From the NCBI RefSeq assembly GCF_036321535.1, contig NC_087436.1, forward strand, positions 100,380,001 to 100,444,000: a DNA stretch of 64,000 nucleotides. The letters are read 5' to 3'. How positions within the stretch are numbered: the stretch's first letter is position 1; every line of letters begins with the position of its first letter. Positions 1 through 12,672 of this stretch are shown piece by piece. A model generated the notes under the pieces. The model saw only the letters and a list, made by a program, of their open reading frames with translations, was not told the DNA's origin and did no database searches. The position numbers and the translations under genes are program-made. This stretch comes from Camelus dromedarius (Eukaryota).

Positions 1-443
1 AAAATTCACTGTAATATGTAGAATCATTAAAACCATGAATAATTTCATTGAAAACTTTTACTACTAAGAGTTGATCAATAATTAAATTTATAGTCAACAG
101 TTAACAGTTAACAAATATGATCTTTCATCATATGTTTATATTTTCTGAATATTTTGCTGAAGGGAATTCTGTTAAGACAGAAAATGTCTCTGAAAGGAAG
201 AGGTATTTAGTCTCTGTTTGTACCTATTGTCTTTTGAATTTGGGTCAAGTTTATGGATGCTATTTTGTAAATTAGCATAATTTTCTTACTCAAAATATTT
301 TGGAGACATATGACATTTTATATCATAGGTTTTTGAGCAGACAACACTCTTGGGTTGTATTTTAATTATTTTAAACAGGTAGATTTCTTTGTATATAAGA
401 CAGTAGGCACTCACAATTTCAGGAAGGCATTTTAGGTTGTGTG

Positions 444-467
444 GTGTGTGTGTGTGTGTGTGTGTGT
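444..467. repeat. (GT)n microsatellite
   Basis: About 12 uninterrupted GT units, read directly. Confidence 0.95.
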
Positions 468-1523
468 TTGCCTTTGCACACATATTTACATGGTTATTTG
501 GAATTGATTTTTGAACTTACATGTGAAAAAGATTGTTTTCAAAGTATTTTTAGTATAGGAGAAGTTAGCTAAAATTTTTGTGCAAACTTTGGAAATATCA
601 ATACCTTTAAGTCAGTTCCTATTTAACTAATATTGATTATTTAAAAATATTGTGGGTGTATTTTTATCATTTGAAAGGCTTTGAAAAAATAACTTTAAGG
701 GTAAAATATTGGGAAGCCACGTTCTATCCAGTTTTCCTGCCCAGACAGCAATAACATCCAGCCTATTCAATAGTCTCCAATTTTATTGAAATGCTTTACT
801 GATTAGTTGTCAGGCTGTGATTTAGTGTTACCTCAAAATTGTAAACAGCTAATTTTTTAATTTGGAAGCTTAAGGCTTGCCACTGTTATTTTTATATCAA
901 AGTCAATAGTCTTCTGTCTCATCTTCACATTTATTTCCTTTTTGTATTAGACATCTAAATGTCCCCTTCTCTCATCAGATTAATTCTATTGAGTAGGTAA
1001 TTTATGACCTTTGATGCTCCTGAAAAAAATTTTACACAGACCAGATATCCAATATATATATCCATGTAATCCCAGTGCTCACATCGTAGGCTGTTCTGTG
1101 GACCTGGGATCCCAATGGCTTCATGAAAATTCTGCACATTTCAGGTTTGTGTCAATATGATTTATAAGTAGATGTCACTTTTGCTCCTACTAGCTATAAC
1201 ATATTTACAACTTCATAAAACATTTTTTAAGAGCACAGAAATGCATAGGTTAAGTAAGTCTGTTAAGGACACAAGAAAGAATTAATACATATATCAGGAT
1301 GATTTACTGTGCATCATTCTTCCTAGCATTTGTAATTCAATGATATGAGTTAGAATGATGACATCACTGTCACTATACCTATGTCACTATTATAGCATTT
1401 GTCCTTTTGACCTTTGAGAAGACTATAAATGATATTCATCTCATATCTTCAAGGAGTTCGTGGGGAAGGGAAACTAACATGATGCTCTCTTAAATCCTAT
1501 AAGCTTGAAAGATACCCTTTTTG

Positions 1524-1645
1524 TATATATATATATTTTTTTTTATTGAAGTATAATCAGTTTACAATGTTGTGTCAATTTCTGGTGTACAGCACAATCC
1601 TTCAGTCATACATCAACATACATATATTTGTTTTCACATTGTTTT
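1524..1645 (-). mobile_element. Lineage-specific L1 3' end, heavily 5'-truncated
   Basis: (TA)n/poly-T followed by TTTATTGAAGTATAATCAGTTTACAATGTTGTGTCAATTTCTGGTGTACAGCA, the reverse complement of an artiodactyl L1 3' UTR. Near-identical to the copy starting at ~36657. Confidence 0.85.
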
Positions 1646-3504
1646 AAGCAATTTCAGGTGCATAAACATGTTCGATTGTTTGCCAACCAAAAATAATGAC
1701 CCCAGACTAGCGAGTTGCCAGAATATTAACCTAATAGCAAAACCCAAACTCAACTAAACATACTGTAGTCCTAATATAATTTCTATGTTTGGGACCTATG
1801 ATAAAATTCAGCACTACGATTCATAATTTAAAGTTTGGTAAAAATAGGAATAATTTATATACAAAATGACTGTGGCTTGAAGTTACATCTCTGTTCTTCC
1901 AGAATTGGGCTATAACCTATAAAATATATAGTGTTCTCCTCCATGTATGTTATTAAATGAATACATTACATCAAAAAAAGTTAGGAATAACTTTTGTACA
2001 ATATCCTCAAGTTTACATTGGATATTTTAATTATAAAATATACATAACAATACAGACTCATGATGAAGGAAAATTAAATGGCAAAGCATAAAAAGCAATT
2101 AAATGTAATCAAATTCTGACTTATGTAATTAAAATTTATATCTTATACATTTATATGATATGATATTATAAAAATGACCGTCATTTTATTTCAGGCATTA
2201 TGCAGTTTTCTCTTTGACCTATCAATTCATTCTCATAGAATTTAATGTATTTATTAAAGTTTACATGAGCTCTTAATATAATGAGTGTTGAATTATCAGC
2301 CTAAGTAGCATACATGCTGCTTATTTGATTTGCGGGTAAGCCTTGTCAATGTTTGCTTGGTTTACCTCTTACCTTCAATTCCGGGTTGAGTGCTCTTCTA
2401 CCTAATTTTCATCCCTTTCACAGGTACAGTGGGAAAAAGTATATCCTACTTCTTCAACATGATTAAATGATCTGCTCATAATTAAATGATCTGCTCATAA
2501 TATGATTAATCACAATTTAACTTACTAAATAACATTCCAGAAAAACTGTAATGTAAGTTTTTTCCTTGTATAAAGCAATTTCAAGTTTCATAGATATACA
2601 CATAAGTTTACAACATATTTTAGAGCCACAGAAAGTAGATAATGGAAAAAAATGCTTCAGGAAGTTTAACTATAATATTGTCCTCTGAAATCTTTAAAAA
2701 CTGGACAGCATCAATTTTTGTTCTTGCATATGCAAACCTTTTGGTGTTTATATCATCTGAAATATATACGATTCACTGGGTTTTTCTCTCTATAAATTAG
2801 AACCTTGTATGACCAAAACATAATCTATTTTTATGACACATTGGCTCACTAAATAAAGTGAACCAAATATAAGGAAATTGCTGCCTGAATGAACTTTTCT
2901 AAAATCGCCTATATAAATTAAATGTATAATATGACTTTTAGGATACTGTACTTAATAACACTCATCACTGAAAGAACATTAACTTAGTTGATCCCCATGT
3001 ATAAACTGTTAGTATAAATCTGTGGATTTATAAATGTTGGGCATTGTTATTTTTTCACACTTGAGAAACTAAAGCAAAAAATGTTACACATATATTTTAA
3101 TTTGGCGTTATTTTCAATGTGAAGTAATTGCCTCTGTATTTTTATTTTTTATCACCAATGGTGCTTATTTTGTATTTTTCCACCTCCTCTTTCTTATCAC
3201 ACACACATCCATATCTACACACACACACACAGTCACACTTACACATTTAGGTGCTTTTTAAAAAATTTGCCTTGCCTTCTTATTCTTTGCTTTTCCCACA
3301 TTTAGTCCATTGATTGATGTCTACAGAAACAGAAGGTTATCCGATCTTCATAGTTTGAACATTCGTTCTTATTCTTACAAATGCATTAAGAACCACTCTG
3401 TCTTGCATCATAAATTATTGTTCTTGCCACCATGCGGTTACATAAAAGCCCATCATAATTTTTGCATGATAGTTAGAAAGAAAAAATATATAAAGATGTA
3501 TTTA

Positions 3505-3620
3505 CTCTGCCCAGAATGTCATGAGAAGATTTCCAGTTGTGGGAGGAGGTCTTTGAGTTGGAATCTAAAGGATAATGAGATTTCTCCCAACAGAAATGAG
3601 GAGGAAGGGCAAACTGAATC
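3505..3620 (-). mobile_element. L2 fragment
   Basis: Purine-rich GGAGGAGGTCTTTGAGTTGGAATCTAAAGGATAA resembles the antisense L2 3' region. Confidence 0.5.
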
Positions 3621-4202
3621 ACTTAAGCAGATTGAAGTTTAAACAAATATAGGGCATATAACATTACAGGCAAAATGAAAACAAACAAACAAAACATACA
3701 TTTCTTGGAGGAGAGATACAGGTGGTAAATCCAGTGTAGATAATATAAGGATTTTGGTGATATTGGATCAATTTCCAGGTTTCTTGTTTTATGGTGTGTT
3801 TTCAATTGTAGGATTTCATAATACTACTGAGTTCAGTTATTTGAAGTAAGTTGATCTAGTTCACAGATTATACTTCACATTTTTTACATGTCTAAAGCAT
3901 TGATTATGCAAAAATGCTGTTTTGTATTTTGAAGTTTATTGTTTTTCTTAGAATTTTTCCTACATTCAATTTTTGCAAGGCTTTCTGCTTCTCTGGGTTT
4001 GCACAGCTTGCTGTCACATTTCCAGAGCTCGGCAATGCCTTTCAAAGCTTGCACACTATTTTGAACTGGTTGGGGACACTGCTTCCTTGCTGCCATAGTT
4101 GGGCATTCATTTATATGTTTCTCTGCTCTGTGTTTCAATGTAGCACTGTATCCAGCATGTTTACATGTTTAGGTCTTTAATGGGCAGCTGAAATGACCTG
4201 CT

Positions 4203-4405
4203 AAATAAATACTCATTTGTGCACTTACTATGGCCGATGTGTTATGCTACATTTTTATATGTGTTACCTCAACAATTATTAAATTTTTTCATTGCAAAAA
4301 TGAACAGTCAGAGAAGTAAGTCCTTGGCACCACATCACACAGCAATAAGTGATTATGTTGAGACTTGAACAAATTTTGTCAGAATCAAGACATCCTCTCT
4401 CCACT
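4203..4405 (-). mobile_element. MIR SINE
   Basis: CATTTGTGCACTTACTATG...CAGAGAAGTAAG...ATCACACAGCAATAAGTGA...GACTTGAAC follows the antisense MIR layout. Confidence 0.65.
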
Positions 4406-6439
4406 TTACTGATTTTCCATTCAGAGGGAGCCAAAGTCAGAATTCAAAATCCAGAGCGAGTGTCAAGGTAAAGTCTGCAGAAGATGCATTCACTCCACTA
4501 AATCTTCCAGGATTGCTCATTATAGAAGTAGAAAAGTTTAATTGGGCTAATCACCAAAATCTTGTAATAATTCAGAGACAAGCTGGAACAGGTGACAAAA
4601 ATATTGATCAGTGATTGGACAGTGAACGTGAAGGTGTTAGAAGCCCCATGGGTCTAGAACACACTTGAGCTGGCAAGCTCATTCTTGCGTTATGGGAGGG
4701 GTTTCACTAGAGTTAGAGCAGTGGGAGTGGGGTTATGCAGGAAAGGAAGAGGACAGGTGCATTTCACAGATTGTCATACTTTTAAGTAAAACAGTTTTCA
4801 CTGAAAAAATCATTTTGTAACATCTTAAACTTACATTTGATTCTATACCAAGGACGTGGTCCTATACCAAGGACCAAAGCTAAAAGAGACATTAAAAAAA
4901 GAGGTTACCTAGTTTAAGAGAAAGGAAGAAACCTGGAAATGTAATAACAATTTAGGAAATAGATATTTAAAAGTAACTGGCAGATACACAAAGAAAATCT
5001 GAGTTGAATGCAGTGCTAGTCTGCGTACAGTATGGAAAATGATAGCACTCTTGTGATTGCTTTTGTGTATTGTTGTTTACATCCGTCAAGCCTTCACTTG
5101 ATAAAGATATCTGTGACATTTATTATTGAAATATAAAATGATGAATACTTTGCAATTCTGTTTTACAGATAAAAATAATAAATTCTAATTATTATTTCGC
5201 TTTTGTTGCTTAATTCAATTCCAAAGTTGCTGAGAATTAAGGAAAATTATCTTATTTTGAAATATTTAACAGAAGAATTTGTGTGTGAAAAAGAGAAAAA
5301 AATAAATGAAATTATTTCCTCTAAAATCATAGCACATATTTTAATAAATGTGCATCCTATCCTAATTCTCAGAAATATGTTACTGAACTCTGAATCTCAG
5401 TTTTAAACATTTTGCCTCATAAATTAGTCTTTCCTTAGTGTTAACTCTCTTCTCCATCTCCCCGCCATCAGCTTGTTTCAGATTCTTTTTAAGCAGTTAG
5501 TCCCAATAATGATCTAGACAAATAGAATTCCTGACTCAGATTTGAAGAAGCCACACTCAATGTTTTAGCTCAGAGGATTCTGCATTGCTACAGTGAGATT
5601 TCAGATCATTACTTATTGTACTTATTCAACTCAAGTTTGGAATACAAAAGCTTATCATTCACCAAGGGATTTATTTTTGCCATCTTTAAAAATTACACAT
5701 GACTTATCAAGCTTTTATCAAGCTCTCTTTTCCCCCCAGAGGATTTGTATCTTGACTAACAGCATCCCTTCATCACTTACACTGCCCTTTGGTCAAAAAA
5801 ATGAAATTCAAATCCTATGAAGGTTACCAATTAAGTTCATTGTTAAGAATAATGGAAAAAAATGATTACTGCCAAAATCAAGGAAATAAATAGGGTTCAC
5901 AAAGAAAGATCTTACTCCCTTAGCCACATGCAACCTTTTGACACTATTTTTGAAGGATTTGTCTCAGCCAGGAAACCAAAAGCCTCTCATTGTTATTCTT
6001 TCATTCACCATGCAGGGCTGGTATTTGCTCTCAAGCTGTCAGAGTTCCATATGGGGAGTGGCTTTCAGCTCTGGACCCAGACAAAATAAACCTGGATATC
6101 CACGCAACATTCTCAGGATCCTGGATTCAAAAATTCCACAAATGATTCTCATGTGTAGCATAATTTGGGCACCATTAATGTACTCTTGTTTCTTCTATGC
6201 CTTCAAGCCCGAACAGAACCGTTCTGTCTTCAGACTCTGAATATGACTTTGGTTTCACAATGAATACGGCATAAAGTGTGTGGAGGATGGGTAAGGATCA
6301 CTGTATGGTGGAGAAGACTGGAATAACTTCATATATTGTTCCTTGCCTCATTCCCACTATGAAAGTGAGAGGAAACAGAACAAAGGGGCAGGGAAGGAGA
6401 ACTTTGCAAATACAAATTTTTGAAGACTACTTCCCTATC

Positions 6440-7030
6440 TCATATTCTTCAAGACATAAATTTGCAGTCAGACAATGCCACTCTACCCAAGTGATAAAGG
6501 TATACATCACAAGTAATAAAAATGAATGACATTATGAATCCCTTGATATGAAGCACTGAGAAGAATACTATATAATTTCTGTAATATCCTGGACAAAAAA
6601 TAAATAATTTCATTCCAATCACATGAAAGTATTAGAAAAACTCAAAGTCAGGGACACTCAACAAAACATCTGACCACTTTTCATAACTATCAAGTTTATT
6701 AAAGACAAGCAAAGACTGATTCACTGTTATATATAGAAGAAGATCAAGAAGGCATATCAACTAAATTCAACGTGGAATTCTGCAAAAGATCATTAAATAG
6801 AAAAAGAATCCTTAGTGGAAACACTGATGACATTTCAGTAAGGTCTGTAGTTTATAGTTATATTGAACCAAAGTTATTTTTATGGTCTTGATAATTTTAC
6901 TGGGGTTATGTAAGGTACTGATTGTAGGTGAGCTTGGGAAGAAATGTATAGAAGATATTTCTGTACTATTTTTGTAACTTTTCTGTCTAAAGTTAACTCA
7001 AAATAAAAAAAATTAAAAAAGAAATAAATA
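6440..7030 (+). mobile_element. L1MC4/L1MC3-like 3' UTR
   Basis: CAAGTGATAAAGGT-ACATCAC, AAGGTCTGTAGTT and CTGTACTATTTTTGTAACTTTTCTGT, ending in an AATAAA/A-rich tail. Confidence 0.75.
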
Positions 7031-7489
7031 GGTGAATTCTCTATCTTTCATGAGTGAATCAGTTTTCAAGGGAAGAAGGAAGTCCAAATTAGTACACACA
7101 AACCTCAACAGTGAGTATAATCTGTTACTTATTTTTTGACTTCGGAATCTACGTAGCAGCACATTTTATCAGAAGGAAAGTGGACACTGAAATGGGACAA
7201 GGGCACTTCACATATCTTGCATACTGATAAAGAAAGGCCTTCATCTACTGTGTCTTGCTAGAGGATAAAGCTGATTAATAGGAATAAAACATTTAGAACA
7301 CTGGCATATAATAGCATTATATAAGTGGTAGCAATGATTTTAATTGCTGAAGAAAGAACAAAAGTAAAAACTACCTACTTTAAAAAGCTCTACAGCTTCA
7401 GTACAGCTTTCTTAGATACTCAAAATGAAAATCAAACTACCAGAAATTACTTTATATAGTAAGGAGAGGCACATTTTATTTTTTCTTTT

Positions 7490-7615
7490 TGAATTAATTT
7501 TAAATACATTTAATGAGCAATTAGTATGCATCAGACAATGTTCTGGACACTAGGGATGTTAAGGTAAACAAAAACGAACCCAGTCTATACTTTCACTGGG
7601 ATTACACTCTAATGA
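7490..7615 (-). mobile_element. L2 3' end
   Basis: CATTTAATGAGCAATTAGTATGCATCAGACAATGTTCTGGACACTAGGGAT...GGATTACACTCTAATG matches the antisense L2 terminus. Confidence 0.7.
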
Positions 7616-7646
7616 ACTGACTTTAGAAAATAGCACATTGTTTAAA

Positions 7647-7739
7647 AAAAGAGTTTTTTAATGGAAGTTGTGGGGATAGAACCCAAGACCTCATGTATGA
7701 ATGTGCTCTACCACTGAGCTACTACCCCCATCTCCCCCA
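7647..7739 (-). mobile_element. tRNA-Ala-derived SINE (Vic-1-like), short copy
   Basis: The reverse complement reads GGGGGTAGTAGCTCAGTGGTAGAGCAC...GAGGTCTTGGGTTCTATCCCCACAACTTCCA plus an A tail. Degenerate TSD: AGCACATTGTTTAAA (7632) and AGCACAATGTTTTAAA (7740). Confidence 0.85.
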
Positions 7740-8319
7740 AGCACAATGTTTTAAAGAAATGGAATAATAAGACACATTAATATTTCAAATACTCTAGAAG
7801 TAAATAACATGTAAATTATAAATGGATTAAAAATGAAATTGACTAGATGATTGTGGTACATCATTGTTGGTACATCATCATTGTGGTACAATTCATACTT
7901 GTGAGAAATTCTAAATCCAGTATATGAAGAGTGTTATGGAAAGCAATCACAACATTTGTAACAGAAGAAAAGTTTCTTTAACAATAAATAATAGTCATGA
8001 ATATGTTCTATAAAGAGATTCACTATAAAACATATAAACAAGTCATACTTAAAAGCATCACGGCAAAAAAACAGAAAAAAAAAAGAAAAACATTTCGACA
8101 GGCAGCATCCAGCAAATAGAAGGGAAGGAAAAAAATATATTTTAAAAAATGAGGATGGACTCAGGTTTCTTTTATTTAAATTACCTGAAGCATATGGAGA
8201 AATCTTTGAGAGTTTTGAGGGATAACTGAAGAATTCTCTACCAAGGTATTAATTAAAATAATGATAACAACAACAGCTGTGTTACTTTTATGGATAAAGA
8301 TGATAATAATACGTCAGAA

Positions 8320-8500
8320 GAATAATTATTGTAATCTACAGTTGATTATGTTTCTTCTTTATGAGGGATATATAATTAAAGCCTCGAAACAATCCCATGA
8401 GCTGGAAGGATATTAGTTTTTTCACTTTTAGATGAAACACTGATTTCAGGCAGGTCAATTGCCTGTTATTATACTAATAGTAGGATTCAATCCCAGGATT
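8320..8500 (-). mobile_element. MIR SINE, degenerate
   Basis: AACAATCCCATGAG...TTTTAGATGAAACACTGA...AGGATTCAATCCCAGG, the MIR core. Confidence 0.55.
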
Positions 8501-8734
8501 ATTGTAATAATAATCAAGTATCTATTCAGATGGAAAAGCCATAGAGCAATGTTATCAAATATAAAAGGGTTCATAAGATGCATTGCCCATTTACTCTTCC
8601 TGGCACAACTATCTGAAAACATACTATTCTGCAAAGAGATGAGTAACTTTTGAGAAACATAGAGGGGAAAGTTTTAGAAAAGAATGGAGAAATTATGGTT
8701 TAAAGTACTAGCAATCTTACAGAGAAGTTAAGAG

Positions 8735-8950
8735 GTCATGGCTCATGTTAATGTGAAAGTCTGATTCTGTTAAATAATGGCTCTAGAAACTTGGACAAGT
8801 TCTTTAAACTGTGATTCAAAAAACCTGGGGATAATAATGGAACCCACCCCATATTCCACAAAATAGAGGGAAAAAAATCATGTAACACTGTTAGGACAGG
8901 GCCAGGTTATGTTATAAGCCTAAATTAATGTAAGCTGGTAGTATTATTAC
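8735..8950 (+). mobile_element. MIR SINE, degenerate
   Basis: ACTTGGACAAGTTCTTTAAAC...GGGGATAATAATGG-ACCCACC...CATGTAACAC...AATTAATGTAAGCT. Confidence 0.55.
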
Positions 8951-9731
8951 TAAGTCTTGGAAATGGTTAGACAAAGAGGGCGATCCAGATGGGTTATGTA
9001 AACATTATTACAAAATCTCAATTGTGAATGTAAACTGAAATTATTAAATGGAATATAACTTACAAAACAAATTTGGACCAAATTATAATTCCAAGGTCAG
9101 GCTTGAAAATGCCTTTTAAAGAATTTCTTTAGAAAATATCTCATTATTATTCTCAGATTATTTTCTGCATGTAGTCTTTTAGGAACTTGTATAATCATAA
9201 TGGAATCATTTTTATATGAGGGCTTAAATGTTGTAACAAAAGAATCAAAATTTTTAAAGAACTCAATTGCTTATGAGGATTTTTCAGAGATAATGCAAAA
9301 CCTACAGCTATGAGCTTGCTGCTTGAAATACCAGCAGAAATAATTTAAATATTTAATTGTCTGATTCTGAGAAAGATAACTAGTAACATGTAAAACTTAT
9401 TGGCTACCCCTGCAGTGCTAGGCGCAACATTCATCTCTGAATGAAAAGGAAGTAATTAATGTCCATGAAGTAAACCAAAACAGAACAAAACACTTTGTCA
9501 CCTTGAGGGAGCCCTGAGAATTGGTCACAAGTTCTGCTTCTGAAAAAATATTAGCTGGGGAGCTGCTCAAGTTCTTTTGAGAGAAATCCTAAAAAAATTA
9601 TTAACAATTTTAAAATAAAAGCTATGTGTAGGAAAAGGTCAGGAAATTGTCCTAAATTGTATAGAAAGAGGGAGTTATATATAAACACATATAAACACAT
9701 ACACGTATACTCTAGAACATTTTAGAAAACT

Positions 9732-9756
9732 ATATATATATATATATAAATATATT

Positions 9757-9790
<34 letters not shown>

Positions 9791-9795
9791 TATAT
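9732..9795. repeat. Compound (TA)n(CA)n microsatellite
   Basis: Read directly. Confidence 0.95.
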
Positions 9796-9989
9796 AAAAA
9801 ACCACAAATTAAGAGAATGTGATGTATACATTTTGTATCTTGAATTTAGAGAAAGGAAGTAAATACCTACATATTTCTTACAACAGAAATGTAGTTGAAA
9901 GTGTCAGAATGAAAATCAGAAACATATGATTAAATTAACATATATAAGATTTAAAGAACACATGAAAATGTAAAAGTAAAATAGGACTA

Positions 9990-10590
9990 CAAATTGTAAA
10001 TAATCAGTTCAAAGAACATTCTAACCAATTAATGATCAAAATATAAAAAATTAAAACAAGATGCCAGCTTTTTATCCAGCAAATTAGCAAGTATATATTT
10101 TTAGTGTAATATTTAGCTCTGGAGAAAATATGATAATAAAATATAGCACAAGATCATAAAATATAGCACAAATCCTTGTAAACCCAACTTAAAATACAAC
10201 AACTACAACAAAAATCATAGCCTGAAAGATATCTTTCTATTTACTTATACATAAATCTTTCCATCAGAAATTTTAAATAAGAACTTGAGGGGGAAGGGAA
10301 ACTAAATTCTATCAACAAAAGTGTAGGAAATAAAATTGGTAAATATCTGCATGATAGGCTACTGTGTAGTCATTTGAACTTATGTCTTTAAGAATAGTTT
10401 TGTGACAAAAGGAACACTTGTGATCCAGCGTTAAATGGAAAAATTAATTCACATAATTTGAAATATAATAATTTTCTCAAGATGGTAACATTAAATGTAA
10501 TGTTTACTCTTTTTCTCTCTGTATCCTTTTCTACATCCTTCAGGTTTTCAAAATGATTGCATATCATTTCTATAATCAGAAAATACTAAA
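9990..10590 (+). mobile_element. Old L1 (L1ME4a-like) 3' fragment
   Basis: AAAACAAGATGCCA...AAATTAGCAA, and the terminus TTTTCAAAATGATTGCATATCATTTCTATAATCAGAAAA. Confidence 0.5.
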
Positions 10591-11461
10591 TATTTTTTCC
10601 AGAAAAAAGATGAAAGATCATATTAGAAACCTACTTTATTCTATTCAAGACCACTAGTTCCCGATGACAAAATGTTTGAACTATTTTACAGCTTTCATAC
10701 GCATTCACAATTCTATTTTAATGATAAAAACATTAAAGATTTACTATGGATAATCATACACCTGTTTATTCACCAAGCATATTTGTGTAAGTATTATACT
10801 CAGGTTCTATGTAAGGTTCTGGGAAAAAATATAGCTGAAGTATATCAGCAGTGGGGAAAGATAAATAAATATATGATGATGTGGAAAATGAAATCCCAAC
10901 TGTTGTATACCGAAATAAATTAGCTGCTCCTTCTATAAAGATCATTATTTGTGGGTAAACTAATAGACTGTGTCCACTAAGTGCCAAAAACCAAACAAAA
11001 GAAAGTAAAAACCATCTTTGAGAAATGCAAGGAAAATAATAAAATTATTTTCTTTGAATGAATTAATCTATCTGCCAATTTTTGTACTGGATTTTTCAGT
11101 CTTACAACTTTATCTTCTTCCCCATTTTGGTATGACAACTTATAAAACATATAGCAAAGTTTATAACATTTTACAGTGAACATCTTCATACCAACAAAAT
11201 GGATTTCTCCCATTTATGTTTTGTGATACTTAATTAACATCTAATCAACTGTCCATTCTTCTATCATCTATTAAAATCTATATATGTATATATGTGTGTA
11301 TATGTATGTATATCAAGGTAAATTGCAGACATTAGTACAATTTTATTTTTAGCTTGCAAATCATTGACTAGAACTCAATATTTGTTTTTCAAGTTTTTTT
11401 GTTGTTTGGCTTTTAAATTTATATAAAATGTAATGTTTCAATCATGGCTCGAATTTTTCTC

Positions 11462-11890
11462 CTTTTAACTTTTTATTTTGAAATAATTTTATGCTTACAA
11501 AAATTGTACAAAAATAGTACAAATAATTCACATGAACTTTTCACCCAGCCCTCTGAACTTAACTACAGTAAAGCTATCAATACCAGCAAAATAGCATTGA
11601 TAAACCACTATAAATATCTATATACTGCATTAAAATTGCACCAGTTTCCAACTAATGTTCCTTTTTAATACAGCCTCCAGTTCAGGATCACATATTGCAT
11701 TTAGTTCTGTCTTTTTAGTCTCTTTTAATCCTTCTCTTACTTACATGACCTTGACACTCCTGGAGTGCACTCGTCAGTTATTTTGTGGAATGTTCTTCAA
11801 TTTGATTTTGCCTGATGTTTCCTCCTGATTAAATTCATATTTTCCTGCAAAAACAGTACAAACATACCTTTATAGGTGCAAAATAACAGA
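11462..11890 (-). mobile_element. L1MC5/L1MC4-like 3' UTR
   Basis: TTTTAACTTTTTATTTTGAAATAATTTTA...CAGGATCACATATTGCATTTAGTT...CATGACCTTGACAC...CAGTTATTTTGTGGAATGTTCTTCAATTTG. Confidence 0.75.
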
Positions 11891-12167
11891 AGTCATATGA
11901 TAGGTTTCCATGGAGAAACTTGACACACACCACCTTTACTAAGTGGCCTTATCTTTTTGAAGGAAAATTTAGAAGAGGTTAAGTGGAGCTAATGTCTTAA
12001 CCATACTTCCTGAAATTATAATTGTTTCAACAGTTTTATCTTTCGGCTTCCATTTGTCATTTTTTTAAACATGTGACTGACAGTTTAATTTGCCATCCTG
12101 TACAACTAGTATTAGTCTAACTTTGCAGTTCTGCTCCTAGAGTCTTAATTAAGAATCACATAGAAAC

Positions 12168-12672
12168 TGCAATAGGAAAGAAAAAATTTGATTCCATAGT
12201 AGTTCCGTTCTTTAGCTCTAACGCCATGCTCTGTTTCCTGTGCTTAGTCATGATTGTTCTGCACATTTTGTTAAAGAATGTTGCCTATAGCCTGAAACAT
12301 GCAGGATAGCCCCTCAGACCTTTAAGGGTATAACAGTTTTACATTCAAATAAAGATAAAAAGTTGCAGAACAGAGAATAACATTTGTATTGTTGGAGGTT
12401 TACAGGGACATTGTGACCTGACCTACTACTGGACAACTGCAAGAACAAAGGATTCTGACACCAAGAAGTTTCCAACAACCAACCAAACCCCACTTTTAGT
12501 ATAAAACAAGCCTAAATTCTGACCTGGAAGGATGGCTCTCCAGGACATTAGTCTGCCATCTTCTCAGTCGGCTGGCTTTCTGAATAAAGTCATTATTCCT
12601 CGCTGCAACACCTAATCTCCTGGTTTATTGGCCAGTCCTGCAGTGAGCGGAATGAGTTTGGACTTGGTAACA
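12168..12672 (+). mobile_element. ERV1-class (MER4-group-like) solo LTR, cetartiodactyl type
   Basis: TG...CA ends (TGCAATAGG...TTGGTAACA), TATAAAA at 12500, AATAAA at 12583, and 4-bp flanks AAAC/GAAC. The internal AAGAATGTTGCCTATAGCCTGAAA and AAAGTTGCAGAACAGAGAATAACATTTG match a recalled artiodactyl LTR. Confidence 0.85.

Noticed and set aside
1680..1800. Possible mitochondrial insertion (A/C-skewed stretch)
   Set aside because: Only the composition is suggestive. I could not match it to any mitochondrial gene or tRNA; BLASTN against a mitogenome would settle it.
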